Positions 10,582 through 20,232 of a DNA stretch of 64,000 bases are shown in pieces. Position numbers and translations under genes: made by a program. The notes beneath the pieces were generated by a model. The model searched no databases. It was given only the letters and a program-made list of their open reading frames with translations, and was not told where the DNA came from. Where the stretch lies: positions 124,001 to 188,000 of the IMG/VR virus record IMGVR_UViG_3300009430_000004; one strand, 5' to 3'. Positions within the stretch are counted from its first letter, which is position 1; every line of letters begins with the position of its first letter.

Positions 10582-10618
10582 TTAGATGGCATCCCAGCCA
10601 TCTAATTATTTTTATATT

Positions 10619-10628
10619 TATATATTAT
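10619..10628 (+). promoter_or_regulatory. Early-class promoter TATATATTAT
   Basis: Exact 10-mer upstream of ppk1. Confidence 0.65.
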
Positions 10629-10673
10629 TACAACAGATAAAAATACAGCGTACGTTATAAGGAGGGTAAAAAA

Positions 10674-12833
10674 ATGTCACATAGTGTTGCTATAACAGAT
10701 GTTTATAGAAGAGAGCTTTCAGAGTTTAATTCTAAATTCAACGACCCAAAGTTTTATATAAATAGAGAGTTAAGTTGGATAGAGTTTAACAAGAGAGTTT
10801 TACACCAAGCACTAAGAAAAGATATTCCTCTATTGGAAAGATTAAAGTTTCTAGGTATAACTAATTCAAATCTTGATGAATTCATAATGGTGAGATTTTC
10901 ATCTGTAATGAATAGAGTTATCAATGATTCTGAGGATGAAGATATATCAGGACTTAAACCCATAGATGAGTATCAGGAATTATTGGACCAAATCATGGAA
11001 TTTAAAAGTGTTCAAGCAGACTGTTATGATAGATTATCTAAAAAGTTAATTAAGACTAATATAATAATTAGTCAATATCAACAACTGAGCAAGAAGGAAA
11101 AGGAGCATGCAGAGAAGCTATTCTATAAAAATATCTTCCCATTACTAACTCCTATCACCTATGACACGACTAAAGATTTTCCATTGATAAGGTCTAAGCA
11201 ACTTAATATAGTTGTAGCATTAGAAGACAGAAAAAATGCTAATCTAAATGTAATCTCGATAATTCCCATTGATAGTGGATTGGATAGATTATATAAGATT
11301 GAAACCGACAATAAAGACGAGGATATTAAGTATATTTTATTAGAAGAGATAATTCATGCGTTCCTAAATAAGATATTCGTTAATAAGAATATCATATATA
11401 GTGGATGTATGAGAATTCTAAGGGAGGCTAATATTGAATTAGAACACAATAAAGACGTCTATATAATAGATAGGATGAAGCAAACCCTTATTCAAAGAGA
11501 GTTTAGTCGTCCGATATTCATGGATGTTCATGAGTCAATTCCTAGACATGTCCTAAAGATATTGACTAAGATATTTGATGTTGATAAGAAGCATGTCTTC
11601 AAATCAAAAGGTTTAGTAGACCCATCATTCTTAGCATCAATGCCTATAAAGAGCCATGCTTTGGAATACGAACACTTTGAACCACAATACCCTCAAGAGT
11701 TAATAGGTGAACATGATATGTTTACAGCCATAGATACAAATGACATAATCCTACATCATCCATATGAAAGCTTTGGACCTGTTATAAAATTCCTGGAACA
11801 TGCTGCTCAAGATGATAGTGTTTTAGTAATAAAACAAACTCTTTATAGAGTATCATCATATGAGTCACCAATAGTTGAAGCTTTATGTAAAGCTGCACAG
11901 AATGGTAAACAGGTTAGTGTTCTATTAGAGATTAAGGCTAGATTTGATGAAGATAGGAATATGTCCCTGATTGAGAAATTGAAATTATCTGGTTGTAAAA
12001 TAATCTATGGAGTTGAAGAGTTAAAAACTCACTGTAAGTTAATTCTTGTGGTTAGAAAAACAAGTAAAGGATTAAAGACATATTGTCATATAGGAACTGG
12101 TAATTATAATGATAAGACAGCAAAGATTTATACAGACTTATCTTATTTCACTTCAAATAATAAGATAGGTGAAGACCTGTTGTCAATATTTAATATATTA
12201 TCAGGATTTTCAGAACCTGCGAGTGAAGGAAACAAAATATTCTTCTCTCCATTCAATCTTAGAAGCAAATTATATACTCTGATTGATAGAGAGATAGAAA
12301 ATGCACGAAAGGGAAAGAAAGCATTTATAACTCTTAAATTAAATTCTCTATCTGATAAAGGAATGATACGGAAATTATACCAAGCTGCTTCATTCGGTGT
12401 TAAGATAACAATATTCTGTCGAGGAGTTTGTTCAATGAAACCTATCAATAAGAATATAACAATTAAAAGTCTTATAGGTAGATACCTTGAGCATAGTAGA
12501 ATATATTACTTTTACAATAATGATAAGTCTGAGATTTATATATCAAGTGCAGACTTGTTAACAAGAAACTTGGACAGAAGAGTAGAACTCTTAGTACCAT
12601 TAACAGATAGTGAAGTTAGGACAAAATTATTTGGCATTATAAGTGCTTATTTCAAAGACACTTGTAATACCTATATCATGAATTATAAGGGAGAGTATCA
12701 GCTATTAGCCAAGGAAGAATGTTTTAATCTGCATGAGTTCTTTATGGATGAAGCTATTAATAACTATAAGCTGAGAAATATTCCCAAGATAACATTTAAA
12801 AATAAAAAGAAATATGGGGATAGCAATGTTTAA
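10674..12833 (+). CDS. ppk1: Polyphosphate kinase 1
   Basis: NRELSWIEFNKRVL, SNLDEFIMVR, LHHPYESF, IKQTLYR, EIKARFDE, KTHCK (phospho-His motif), HIGTGNYN, GRYLEHSRIY, SSADLLTRNLDRRVE; full length. Confidence 0.96.
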   Translation: MSHSVAITDVYRRELSEFNSKFNDPKFYINRELSWIEFNKRVLHQALRKDIPLLERLKFLGITNSNLDEFIMVRFSSVMNRVINDSEDEDISGLKPIDEYQELLDQIMEFKSVQADCYDRLSKKLIKTNIIISQYQQLSKKEKEHAEKLFYKNIFPLLTPITYDTTKDFPLIRSKQLNIVVALEDRKNANLNVISIIPIDSGLDRLYKIETDNKDEDIKYILLEEIIHAFLNKIFVNKNIIYSGCMRILREANIELEHNKDVYIIDRMKQTLIQREFSRPIFMDVHESIPRHVLKILTKIFDVDKKHVFKSKGLVDPSFLASMPIKSHALEYEHFEPQYPQELIGEHDMFTAIDTNDIILHHPYESFGPVIKFLEHAAQDDSVLVIKQTLYRVSSYESPIVEALCKAAQNGKQVSVLLEIKARFDEDRNMSLIEKLKLSGCKIIYGVEELKTHCKLILVVRKTSKGLKTYCHIGTGNYNDKTAKIYTDLSYFTSNNKIGEDLLSIFNILSGFSEPASEGNKIFFSPFNLRSKLYTLIDREIENARKGKKAFITLKLNSLSDKGMIRKLYQAASFGVKITIFCRGVCSMKPINKNITIKSLIGRYLEHSRIYYFYNNDKSEIYISSADLLTRNLDRRVELLVPLTDSEVRTKLFGIISAYFKDTCNTYIMNYKGEYQLLAKEECFNLHEFFMDEAINNYKLRNIPKITFKNKKKYGDSNV

Positions 12834-13161
12834 AAAGATTCAATTATTACTACTGAAATTTAAACTGAGAATGTATGAGAGTGAAGCTAAATGGTATGAG
12901 GAGAGAGGTTGTTATGATGACTGGTATCATGAACATGGAATACCGAATCTAAAAAGGGATATTAAGGAGCTTGAAATAACTATCAAGAATCCTCAGCAAA
13001 GGACATTTTGTTATTGCCCTAATGAAGAATGTAATAATGAATTAATTAGTAGTGATAGTTTTGTAAGTGACGATGAGGTCGTCACTTACATATGCACAAA
13101 ATGTGGCACTGTATCTAAATGGTATTTTGATGCACCGTGTCCAATACTAATAAAGGAATAA
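12826..13161 (+). CDS. Small zinc-ribbon protein
   Basis: CPNEEC...CTKCG; likely start ATG 12826 overlapping the ppk1 stop region. Confidence 0.6.
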   Translation: MFKKIQLLLLKFKLRMYESEAKWYEERGCYDDWYHEHGIPNLKRDIKELEITIKNPQQRTFCYCPNEECNNELISSDSFVSDDEVVTYICTKCGTVSKWYFDAPCPILIKE

Positions 13162-13164
13162 AAA

Positions 13165-13199
13165 GATGAGATGTGTATATTACACATCTCATTTTTTTT
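13165..13199. terminator. Bidirectional terminator between convergent genes
   Basis: ATGAGATGTGTA-TAT-TACACATCTCAT flanked by A and T tracts. Confidence 0.75.
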
Positions 13200-13599
13200 C
13201 CTCTTTGTCGTCTTTTTTCTCAGTAGGGGAATCTTGGTCTGAAATACTCGAAAAATCTATCTTAATACCCTTTTTGATTTTTATAGCAGTCTCAACGAGC
13301 TTGATACACTTTGCTAACGTTGTAACATTTCCAAATAATTCAAATCCAAGTATACCGCTTATGAAAGCAAAGAATATTATTGTACTTACGTTTAATTTTG
13401 ATAACCACGTCGACTCCAAAAATATGAAGAGGAACGCAGTCCAGATTGCCCCTATTAACATTCTACATAGTCTCATCCTAGGTTCCTTATTGGTCATAGT
13501 GTCATATAGGTCCTTTATAAATGCACCAAAGAAACCGATCATGAAGTAGAATAACAGATTAATAGCAATTGTCATTAAATCTGCATAATTTAATTGCAT
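13189..13599 (-). CDS. Small 3-TM membrane protein, holin-like
   Basis: Three hydrophobic segments and a highly charged C-tail (EKKDDKEEKK); last gene of the late virion block. Confidence 0.5.
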   Translation of the reverse strand: MQLNYADLMTIAINLLFYFMIGFFGAFIKDLYDTMTNKEPRMRLCRMLIGAIWTAFLFIFLESTWLSKLNVSTIIFFAFISGILGFELFGNVTTLAKCIKLVETAIKIKKGIKIDFSSISDQDSPTEKKDDKEEKK

Positions 13600-13730
13600 A
13601 TTACTCAGAACCCCTTCCCTTTAAGAAAAAACCTATTATTCTTTGTATTAACACAAGAGGGTAAAAAGTTTTTCCTAAAAAAGTGTTATTTCTAATCATT
13701 TATACAAACCACAGTAAAAAGATATCCTTG

Positions 13731-14717
13731 TTAATCCTTTTTATTTTGCAAAATATATAAGTCATAAAGCTTATTATAAATAAATATCAGAGCGATTATT
13801 GCCAGTAGCATCAGAGCACTCATTGTCACAACTGTTATGTCCTTTATTAAAAGTCTTGTAGTGTAGTATCTGATAATTTCTGATTTTCGCTCATCTAGAT
13901 ATTTAAAATTATTGATATGTGATTTCTTTATTTGGTCATATAAATTAAAACCCTGGGTAATGATAATTTTATCATTCTCATTCTTTATACCACCAGATCC
14001 TATATCAGGTATACCAAATATGTCACCTCTACGTGTTATATATGAAGGAGTAAGAAATTCATAGGTTTTCAATCCTTCTATTCCCTCACTGTCAAACACC
14101 TCTTTTAATGCATCTAGTGTCATACTCGTTATCATTTTATGTTTAGGATTTTCCGACGGTAAGAATTCCCAGAAAATTATCTTATCTGACATTATAAGTA
14201 TTTCATCTACAGCAGCTTTAGCTAGTTTTTTATTAGCATGCATGTCATATTCAATATCCCAGGTTCTCTTATCACCAAACTTACTACAATTAGGTGAGAA
14301 ATCACCATTTATACCCCACGGCAAAGCAGCCCATGGGTCATTATTGTCATTTTCTATACCATTTAAATACACCCCTGTAAAATTAGCCCTGATTATTTCA
14401 GAGAATTTAGTATTCGGTATATTATTATCCAACTCATATTTGAGTTTATCCAAATCAGGATATGCCTGACGGAGTTGTTTTTCGATGTTAGTGGCTAATT
14501 CTTTACTCTGCATTAAAGATTTCTGACGATTTTCTTCAATAAGAGTAGTAACTAATTTCCACTCCATTTCTCGAACAACTTCAAGCCGTCTTTGACGATC
14601 CATCATCTCACTATTAACATCCACCTTATACAAATAGAAATTTGTTGATAGAAGTATCAACAAAATTAGAATTGTTGGCAGAATCGCATTAACGATTTTC
14701 TTCATCATATTACTCAT
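13731..14717 (-). CDS. Membrane protein with two TM helices flanking a large extracytoplasmic domain
   Basis: AAGGGAGG RBS before ATG 14717 (MSNMMKK...); N- and C-terminal TM segments; late promoter at 14777-14789. Confidence 0.65.
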   Translation of the reverse strand: MSNMMKKIVNAILPTILILLILLSTNFYLYKVDVNSEMMDRQRRLEVVREMEWKLVTTLIEENRQKSLMQSKELATNIEKQLRQAYPDLDKLKYELDNNIPNTKFSEIIRANFTGVYLNGIENDNNDPWAALPWGINGDFSPNCSKFGDKRTWDIEYDMHANKKLAKAAVDEILIMSDKIIFWEFLPSENPKHKMITSMTLDALKEVFDSEGIEGLKTYEFLTPSYITRRGDIFGIPDIGSGGIKNENDKIIITQGFNLYDQIKKSHINNFKYLDERKSEIIRYYTTRLLIKDITVVTMSALMLLAIIALIFIYNKLYDLYILQNKKD

Positions 14718-14800
14718 TTCCTCCCTTAGACAAAGGATAAGAAAACTTGCGGTTTGTAGTTTTGTATTTCTATCTTTTACTTTAATGTTGACAAAAGATA

Positions 14801-14836
14801 ATGACTGGATATCATTTAGATATCCAGTCATTTTTT
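14801..14836. terminator. Intrinsic terminator
   Basis: ATGACTGGATATC-ATTTA-GATATCCAGTCAT. Confidence 0.75.
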
Positions 14837-15518
14837 ATACATGTGCTATATATATTTCCCCGAGCTCAGCACCAGCAATATAGTCAAATTTAGTTAGGAT
14901 AAATCTGACTTTAATACCCCAATTTGCTGAGGTTTTATTAACATTAGAGAATCTATACATTGTTTTATTGTTAAATGCTACAGTCATATCTTCCCATGTT
15001 GGAGCAGCATCAAAAGCATTATTGCATACTAAAACTTGTACTCCAACTAAACCAGGGTTAATTTTTTTTATCCTAGCATCAACTTTAACTCTAGTTGGCA
15101 TTATTGAAGTCTGTATAGCATTCTTAGTGTCAACATTTATTGACGTTATAGTCGATATTAACACTGGTGAAGATTGATATATAACTCCACCTTCATTAAT
15201 TGTGACTCTTACAAATTTCACTGAATTTTCAGCAGGGTATTGAAATGTTACCCTAAAACTTTTATTCAAATCCGCTGGTAGTATATTAGGAGCACTATGA
15301 CTTGCAGCCCAAGCACCATTAAAAACTTCCAACCCTGTTATAGCTACAGGAAAAGGATTATTAAATTCACTATTATCAGCCATTAGAATACCCACTGATG
15401 CCGAAGCAACCTGTTGTGTTAAATGACGCAAAGTAAATTCCACTTGTACAGGACCATTAGGTACTACTCTCAATATACCATCAATTGGTTTTAAAATTTC
15501 TAATTTAGGCATATACAT
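14835..15518 (-). CDS. Putative tail/baseplate-associated structural protein
   Basis: C-terminal 'VLVCNNAFDAAPTWEDMT...WGIKVRF' domain of the kind seen in Firmicute phage tail proteins. Confidence 0.55.
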   Translation of the reverse strand: MYMPKLEILKPIDGILRVVPNGPVQVEFTLRHLTQQVASASVGILMADNSEFNNPFPVAITGLEVFNGAWAASHSAPNILPADLNKSFRVTFQYPAENSVKFVRVTINEGGVIYQSSPVLISTITSINVDTKNAIQTSIMPTRVKVDARIKKINPGLVGVQVLVCNNAFDAAPTWEDMTVAFNNKTMYRFSNVNKTSANWGIKVRFILTKFDYIAGAELGEIYIAHV

Positions 15519-15526
15519 TCACCTCC

Positions 15527-16207
15527 CTACATAATTATTTTCCCAGGCATAAATGCTCCTGAGTATATAGTAACGTTATCCGCCGTTATCAAATCGTCAA
15601 CGTATAAATGATTCAACTTGATAGGCTTTGGGAAATAAGAAGATAATTGATATACTATACTCAATACATCTTCAACTACAGAGTCTTTATTAGCCTCTAT
15701 ATTGATACCCATAGTCATCAAGTGATTGGTAAGTGTTGACCTTGAGTTGTAATCAGTAAATACTTCATCAGTTGTTGTTATAGGTAATACAACTGCGTAT
15801 GATCCGTTTTCTAATTTAACCTTTTGGAATGCCGCATACTTTCCATCACCTTTATCCTGATATTGTTCATACCATATAATATTGGCAGGTTCATCAGGTT
15901 GTGTTGTTTTAAGTTGCACCATCTTTTTATTAACTTTTTTACCTGTAATATATTCACTTACAGTATCCTCCACCCATCTGGTATGGTTGAATACTCCTGT
16001 TACACCATCCTCCTGACATCTAAATAATTCAAACCTATGAGTTGAATTATTATAAACCATTGTCAGGTCAGTTCTATTATATATTTTATTCTGATTGTAA
16101 GGTTTAACCTCTAAATCTCCAAATATATAAGAATTTAATAGTTGGATTAGATTAGGGTTAGTATTCTGTAAATTCTTTATAAGTCTTAAACTAGGCATTT
16201 CTCCCAC
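15527..16207 (-). CDS. Putative virion protein
   Basis: 226 aa in the late operon; short module YNRTDL...FRCQEDGVTGVFN..W shared with 39784..40272. Confidence 0.5.
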   Translation of the reverse strand: MGEMPSLRLIKNLQNTNPNLIQLLNSYIFGDLEVKPYNQNKIYNRTDLTMVYNNSTHRFELFRCQEDGVTGVFNHTRWVEDTVSEYITGKKVNKKMVQLKTTQPDEPANIIWYEQYQDKGDGKYAAFQKVKLENGSYAVVLPITTTDEVFTDYNSRSTLTNHLMTMGINIEANKDSVVEDVLSIVYQLSSYFPKPIKLNHLYVDDLITADNVTIYSGAFMPGKIIM

Positions 16208-16212
16208 CCCCT

Positions 16213-16830
16213 TTATTCTACGACTATTAAGATACTATGGAGAATATTCCTGATAGGCAAATCTCCATTTCTTGCATCTTTTGTTATATTTATAGCTTCG
16301 ATTGAAACCTGATATAGTAGAGCTGTATCTGCACTATAATAATCGAATGGAGTAATTATCATACCGTTCAATTCACTGATGGGTTTAGTTATTGTAAAAA
16401 CTTGTTCAAACGCCCCATTTTTAAATTTGACATCTATCGAAATAGTTGGTTCATACTCTACTAAAGTATCAGAATCTGTTAATACAAGTGAGTCCATATC
16501 TATGGACACTAACATTTTTCTCACATTGTTAGGTTTAATCATAATAGGCGTATTCATTATAGGAGAGTATGTTCCTATAACCTCAGGTAATTCCACACCA
16601 TCAAGTTGTAGTGAGAACATCTCACCATAAATATTTAGATTATATGACATTAGAGTCACATGGTCTATATGCTGATTTAACCTAGCCAAACTATCATATG
16701 AGATTACATCACCAGTATTTGTTTTAATTGATATTTGTCCTGTTTCTTTATGAATCATAACTTCTTGCGGTAATGCTTCTGCCTTATGTCTTCTTGATAA
16801 CATAGACACTGCGAAACGGTTTAAAAGCAT
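16213..16830 (-). CDS. Putative virion protein
   Basis: 205 aa; GAGGTG RBS; late promoter at 16862-16874. Confidence 0.5.
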   Translation of the reverse strand: MLLNRFAVSMLSRRHKAEALPQEVMIHKETGQISIKTNTGDVISYDSLARLNQHIDHVTLMSYNLNIYGEMFSLQLDGVELPEVIGTYSPIMNTPIMIKPNNVRKMLVSIDMDSLVLTDSDTLVEYEPTISIDVKFKNGAFEQVFTITKPISELNGMIITPFDYYSADTALLYQVSIEAINITKDARNGDLPIRNILHSILIVVE

Positions 16831-16929
16831 AGTTTTTCACCTCTTTTTCACTAACTTATTTTTATTATAATGTTTTAATATACAAAATAAAGTCTCCATA
16901 CTAACGTTTCATTAGTATGGAGAATATTA

Positions 16930-19578
16930 TTATTGGTCTGGCATGTCAGGGTTAATAGGTAAGTAGTCCTTAACATTAACTTGGTCATCAGGGTTGAATA
17001 ACAATCTTGCCATCCCATCAAATAGAACGGGATACGTTATAACATCTACATTATCTATCTGAGATTCATCTGGATTGATAAAAGCAAATCTCATGCAAAT
17101 TTCGTAGAATTTTGTTAAATCCTGAGACAAACCACCTATAACCTGACTCATAATATCTTCAAGACTATCTTCGAGCACTGTATGTGTGTCTATAATCTTA
17201 TTACGTAAGTCTTCAACAGCTCCCCACAGATAATCATTTATAGAATTCATATTAGCAATCAATGAGAAATATTCATTATCTCTATCTTTCTCAACAATCA
17301 CTAGATTTTTTCTTGTTTTAATATTCTTAATAAATATCTTAGTAGGGGATATTATATCAATATTTTTCTTATTGAGTTTTAAACCATTCAGGTACACATC
17401 GTACCATTTTAAATCTAGAGGTTTGTCGATTGTATTAGAAAGATCCACAAATCCTCTTTCATCAATTGTTGGCTGATAATGAACCTGTTTGTATTTACAT
17501 GGCGTACATTCAATTATAAATTTATCACCAACATGTTTAACCATATTGAAACCAACAGAGAACTTATCTGTTAATTGGTCACTGAAATCTATATTATAGA
17601 TATCCATCGGTAAGAAACAACCATCTTTGAACACCCTATAATACCTTGAATCATTCTTTGAATCTAAATCGAATATAGCAACATCACCAGTTTTTCTTAT
17701 TGAATCAATCTTCCATCTATAGAAGAATGAGTGTTTCTTAACATATAGTGTTAATGGAACACCAACTAGGTCAGGTTTAACTATTTTTATATAACAATCA
17801 CCAGTTATCTCTTTAAATGACCTAGGGTTTATCTCAACCTCATGTAGATGCTCATCATACATAATCATAGTAAAATTAGACATATCTACATATTGCTTAC
17901 CAACCGATGTTGTGAAGAACAAGTCATTTACACTAACTTTTGTCGCCTTATTATCGAATCTGACAAGTTTCCTTTCGCCAAGATATCCAAAGGACATTTC
18001 CCTCTCTGATTTGTATTGACCAAATTTCTCTATTTCGATAACACTATCAGGTTTAATAAGGTTTGTTGGTATATAATAATAAGCATATTTAGAGCTTGTA
18101 TATACCTTGTCAGCAACCCACAGTTTACCATCTATAAAGAACCTCATTTCATATAAATCAGTGTTAAATTCCCACTTGAATATGAATACGTACCTTGGTT
18201 CTGTAAAGACTTCTCTCTGACTTACATCAGTAATCTCTGTATAATTATCGGTCCTATACTTAGCATTTAAATCCATTTTAGATATATCTAAGTAAAAACC
18301 ATTTGAAGTTATCTGTTTATTAAGATAAGCCCTGAATACCTCATTATCATTTCTTATCATTTCCTTGAGCTCATTTATTTTATAATTGAGTGTATCCCTT
18401 GTTTGTCCATAACTAGACTTATTAAAATCTGCAATATCATATGTGAATTCAGCAGGTTTAAAGTTCTTAATTATGACTGGAATAGTGTTATTTTTGTACT
18501 TATCAAGGATATTGGATGTGAAGTTGTAGTACAATGATAATTCATTCATATACTTCAATCCAACAGTTCTTGTGTCATCGAAATAAAGTACATAAACAGA
18601 AAGTTCCTCATTGCCATAGTTATTCTCAACTTCATACATGTTAGGGTAATATAACTTAGCTCTAATATCATGAGCAAAGTATTTCTTCCCATTAACATTC
18701 CTAAAAAATATAAGATTTTCCTTAGGTATTGGCATATCTTGTACAGGAATCGAGAAATATTTCTCACCTGCTGGTATTGTAATTACATCAAGAAGATGTC
18801 TCAAACCAAATACATTCAAATGAATATATTTATCATTGAAACTCTGGAAATTGTTGTTATAAAACTTCAATAATCCCTCTGATGTCGTGGTGTCAGTAAT
18901 TACAGAACCGAATAATAACTGGTTGTTGTTTATGAATGTGATATACTGGCTTTCGGTCTTTAAATTATTTGCAAAGTTGAATCTCTGTAAAGCCAAATTA
19001 TCATAATACTTTTCCAATACATAAGGATTGGTATTGTATATACCATATGAACAGTTTGGCACAAGAAATATTGTTATACTGGCATCTTTATTTAGTAATT
19101 CTTTGAAGTATGCTTCAGGAATTCCAGTGGCATTAGTTTCATCCTGTATATCAAATACAAAATAAGTTACATCTTCCTTACATACAACTGAAATGGTATC
19201 AAAGAACTTACCATCAATAAATACCATATACACGTAACTAAATAGTTCAGGATGATTAGCAACATCAAACAGATTCAACTCTTTATTATAATACTGAGAA
19301 CGCTTAAATTCTAATCTATTTTGATTTGTTATAAAGCTTCCCTGAACAAAACCAACATATTTCTTACCGTAATATTTCATATCTGTTAGAATTCTATTCA
19401 TCTGAATTAGAGAACTCATTTTAAGGTCATATCTCCTATAATCTACCATGTCTAACTGAAGACTATATAGAAAGGAGAATGAGTTATGTTTAATATCTTC
19501 GAGCGTTTTCTCTACTACCTTTAAATCAAATGTATTATTTGAAAAGGCTTCATTGTTATACTCATATATCGTAGGCAT
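16930..19578 (-). CDS. Large virion structural (baseplate-like) protein
   Basis: 882 aa; repeated 'VFIDGK/FFIDGK/VFKDG/VYLNG' beta-modules; late-like AACT-N6-TAA upstream. Confidence 0.55.
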   Translation of the reverse strand: MPTIYEYNNEAFSNNTFDLKVVEKTLEDIKHNSFSFLYSLQLDMVDYRRYDLKMSSLIQMNRILTDMKYYGKKYVGFVQGSFITNQNRLEFKRSQYYNKELNLFDVANHPELFSYVYMVFIDGKFFDTISVVCKEDVTYFVFDIQDETNATGIPEAYFKELLNKDASITIFLVPNCSYGIYNTNPYVLEKYYDNLALQRFNFANNLKTESQYITFINNNQLLFGSVITDTTTSEGLLKFYNNNFQSFNDKYIHLNVFGLRHLLDVITIPAGEKYFSIPVQDMPIPKENLIFFRNVNGKKYFAHDIRAKLYYPNMYEVENNYGNEELSVYVLYFDDTRTVGLKYMNELSLYYNFTSNILDKYKNNTIPVIIKNFKPAEFTYDIADFNKSSYGQTRDTLNYKINELKEMIRNDNEVFRAYLNKQITSNGFYLDISKMDLNAKYRTDNYTEITDVSQREVFTEPRYVFIFKWEFNTDLYEMRFFIDGKLWVADKVYTSSKYAYYYIPTNLIKPDSVIEIEKFGQYKSEREMSFGYLGERKLVRFDNKATKVSVNDLFFTTSVGKQYVDMSNFTMIMYDEHLHEVEINPRSFKEITGDCYIKIVKPDLVGVPLTLYVKKHSFFYRWKIDSIRKTGDVAIFDLDSKNDSRYYRVFKDGCFLPMDIYNIDFSDQLTDKFSVGFNMVKHVGDKFIIECTPCKYKQVHYQPTIDERGFVDLSNTIDKPLDLKWYDVYLNGLKLNKKNIDIISPTKIFIKNIKTRKNLVIVEKDRDNEYFSLIANMNSINDYLWGAVEDLRNKIIDTHTVLEDSLEDIMSQVIGGLSQDLTKFYEICMRFAFINPDESQIDNVDVITYPVLFDGMARLLFNPDDQVNVKDYLPINPDMPDQ

Positions 19579-19634
19579 TTATCTCACCCCTCTATAATTT
19601 ACTATTAATATAAAGTTTAAATAAAATAAAATAA

Positions 19635-19662
19635 ATAGTGGTGACTCATCGTCACCACTATT
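19635..19662 (-). terminator. Intrinsic terminator
   Basis: ATAGTGGTGAC-TCATC-GTCACCACTAT with an A tract on the + strand (T tract on -). Confidence 0.75.
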
Positions 19663-19663
19663 A

Positions 19664-19849
19664 TTATGCCTCTTCTGTTTTTTCAGCAGTTGCCGCAGTC
19701 GCAAGTATAGGGTTCTGCGGTGTTGCAATTATAGTTTCATACTCAGCCTGAGTTATCAGACCTTTTGTAACAGCATTCTGAAGCTGTTCTTGTGTTACTG
19801 AACGGTTCTTCCAGCAATTTAAGAAATATGTGTAATATCTACTAGCCAT
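19664..19849 (-). CDS. xkdX: XkdX-family small phage tail-region protein
   Basis: 'W....VTQEQLQNAVTKGLITQAEYETI' signature, downstream of the fibre genes. Confidence 0.75.
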   Translation of the reverse strand: MASRYYTYFLNCWKNRSVTQEQLQNAVTKGLITQAEYETIIATPQNPILATAATAEKTEEA

Positions 19850-19865
19850 TTAAAACCATCCTCCT

Positions 19866-20192
19866 TTATAAGCCGAATACGACTTCATTAATAATCATCT
19901 GGGTATCACGCAATTGTTCTTCCAGCATCTTTATTCTTTGGTCTGAAGAATAATATGGTACGTAATTAGGATTGCGGAAGAATCCTTCGCTCTTTGTATA
20001 ACAATATTCGTGAGGAACAACACCTTCTGGAATTAGACTAACTTCAATGGCTTCTAGCCTTTCCTGAGGATCAACTACAAACCTTTTTGTATCTTGATTA
20101 TTCTTATCTACCAAAAGACCATGTTGTACTCTTTCTACTGTTATAGCAGTAGCCATAAATTCTTTTGTTGCCTTATCAACCACAATAAGCAT
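19866..20192 (-). CDS. Putative tail-fibre assembly/chaperone protein
   Basis: 'PEGVVPHEYCY...FFRNPNY' followed by a coiled coil; lies between the RBP and xkdX. Confidence 0.55.
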   Translation of the reverse strand: MLIVVDKATKEFMATAITVERVQHGLLVDKNNQDTKRFVVDPQERLEAIEVSLIPEGVVPHEYCYTKSEGFFRNPNYVPYYSSDQRIKMLEEQLRDTQMIINEVVFGL

Positions 20193-20232
20193 ATTATTAC
20201 CTCCAATCTAATTTTATTACTAATCTGTTCTA

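Noticed and set aside
10674-12833. Host chromosomal contamination around ppk1 or gyrBA
   Set aside because: These genes are flanked by phage-type promoters, terminators and orphan genes, with similar base composition and no host neighbour genes.
13166-13549. Plus-strand 127-aa ORF and the many other short antisense or nested ORFs in the track
   Set aside because: They shadow well-supported genes, lack RBSs and often run through terminators.
14718-14831. N-terminal extension of the 366-aa ORF given in the track
   Set aside because: It spans a terminator hairpin and a late promoter; a strong RBS supports ATG 14717.
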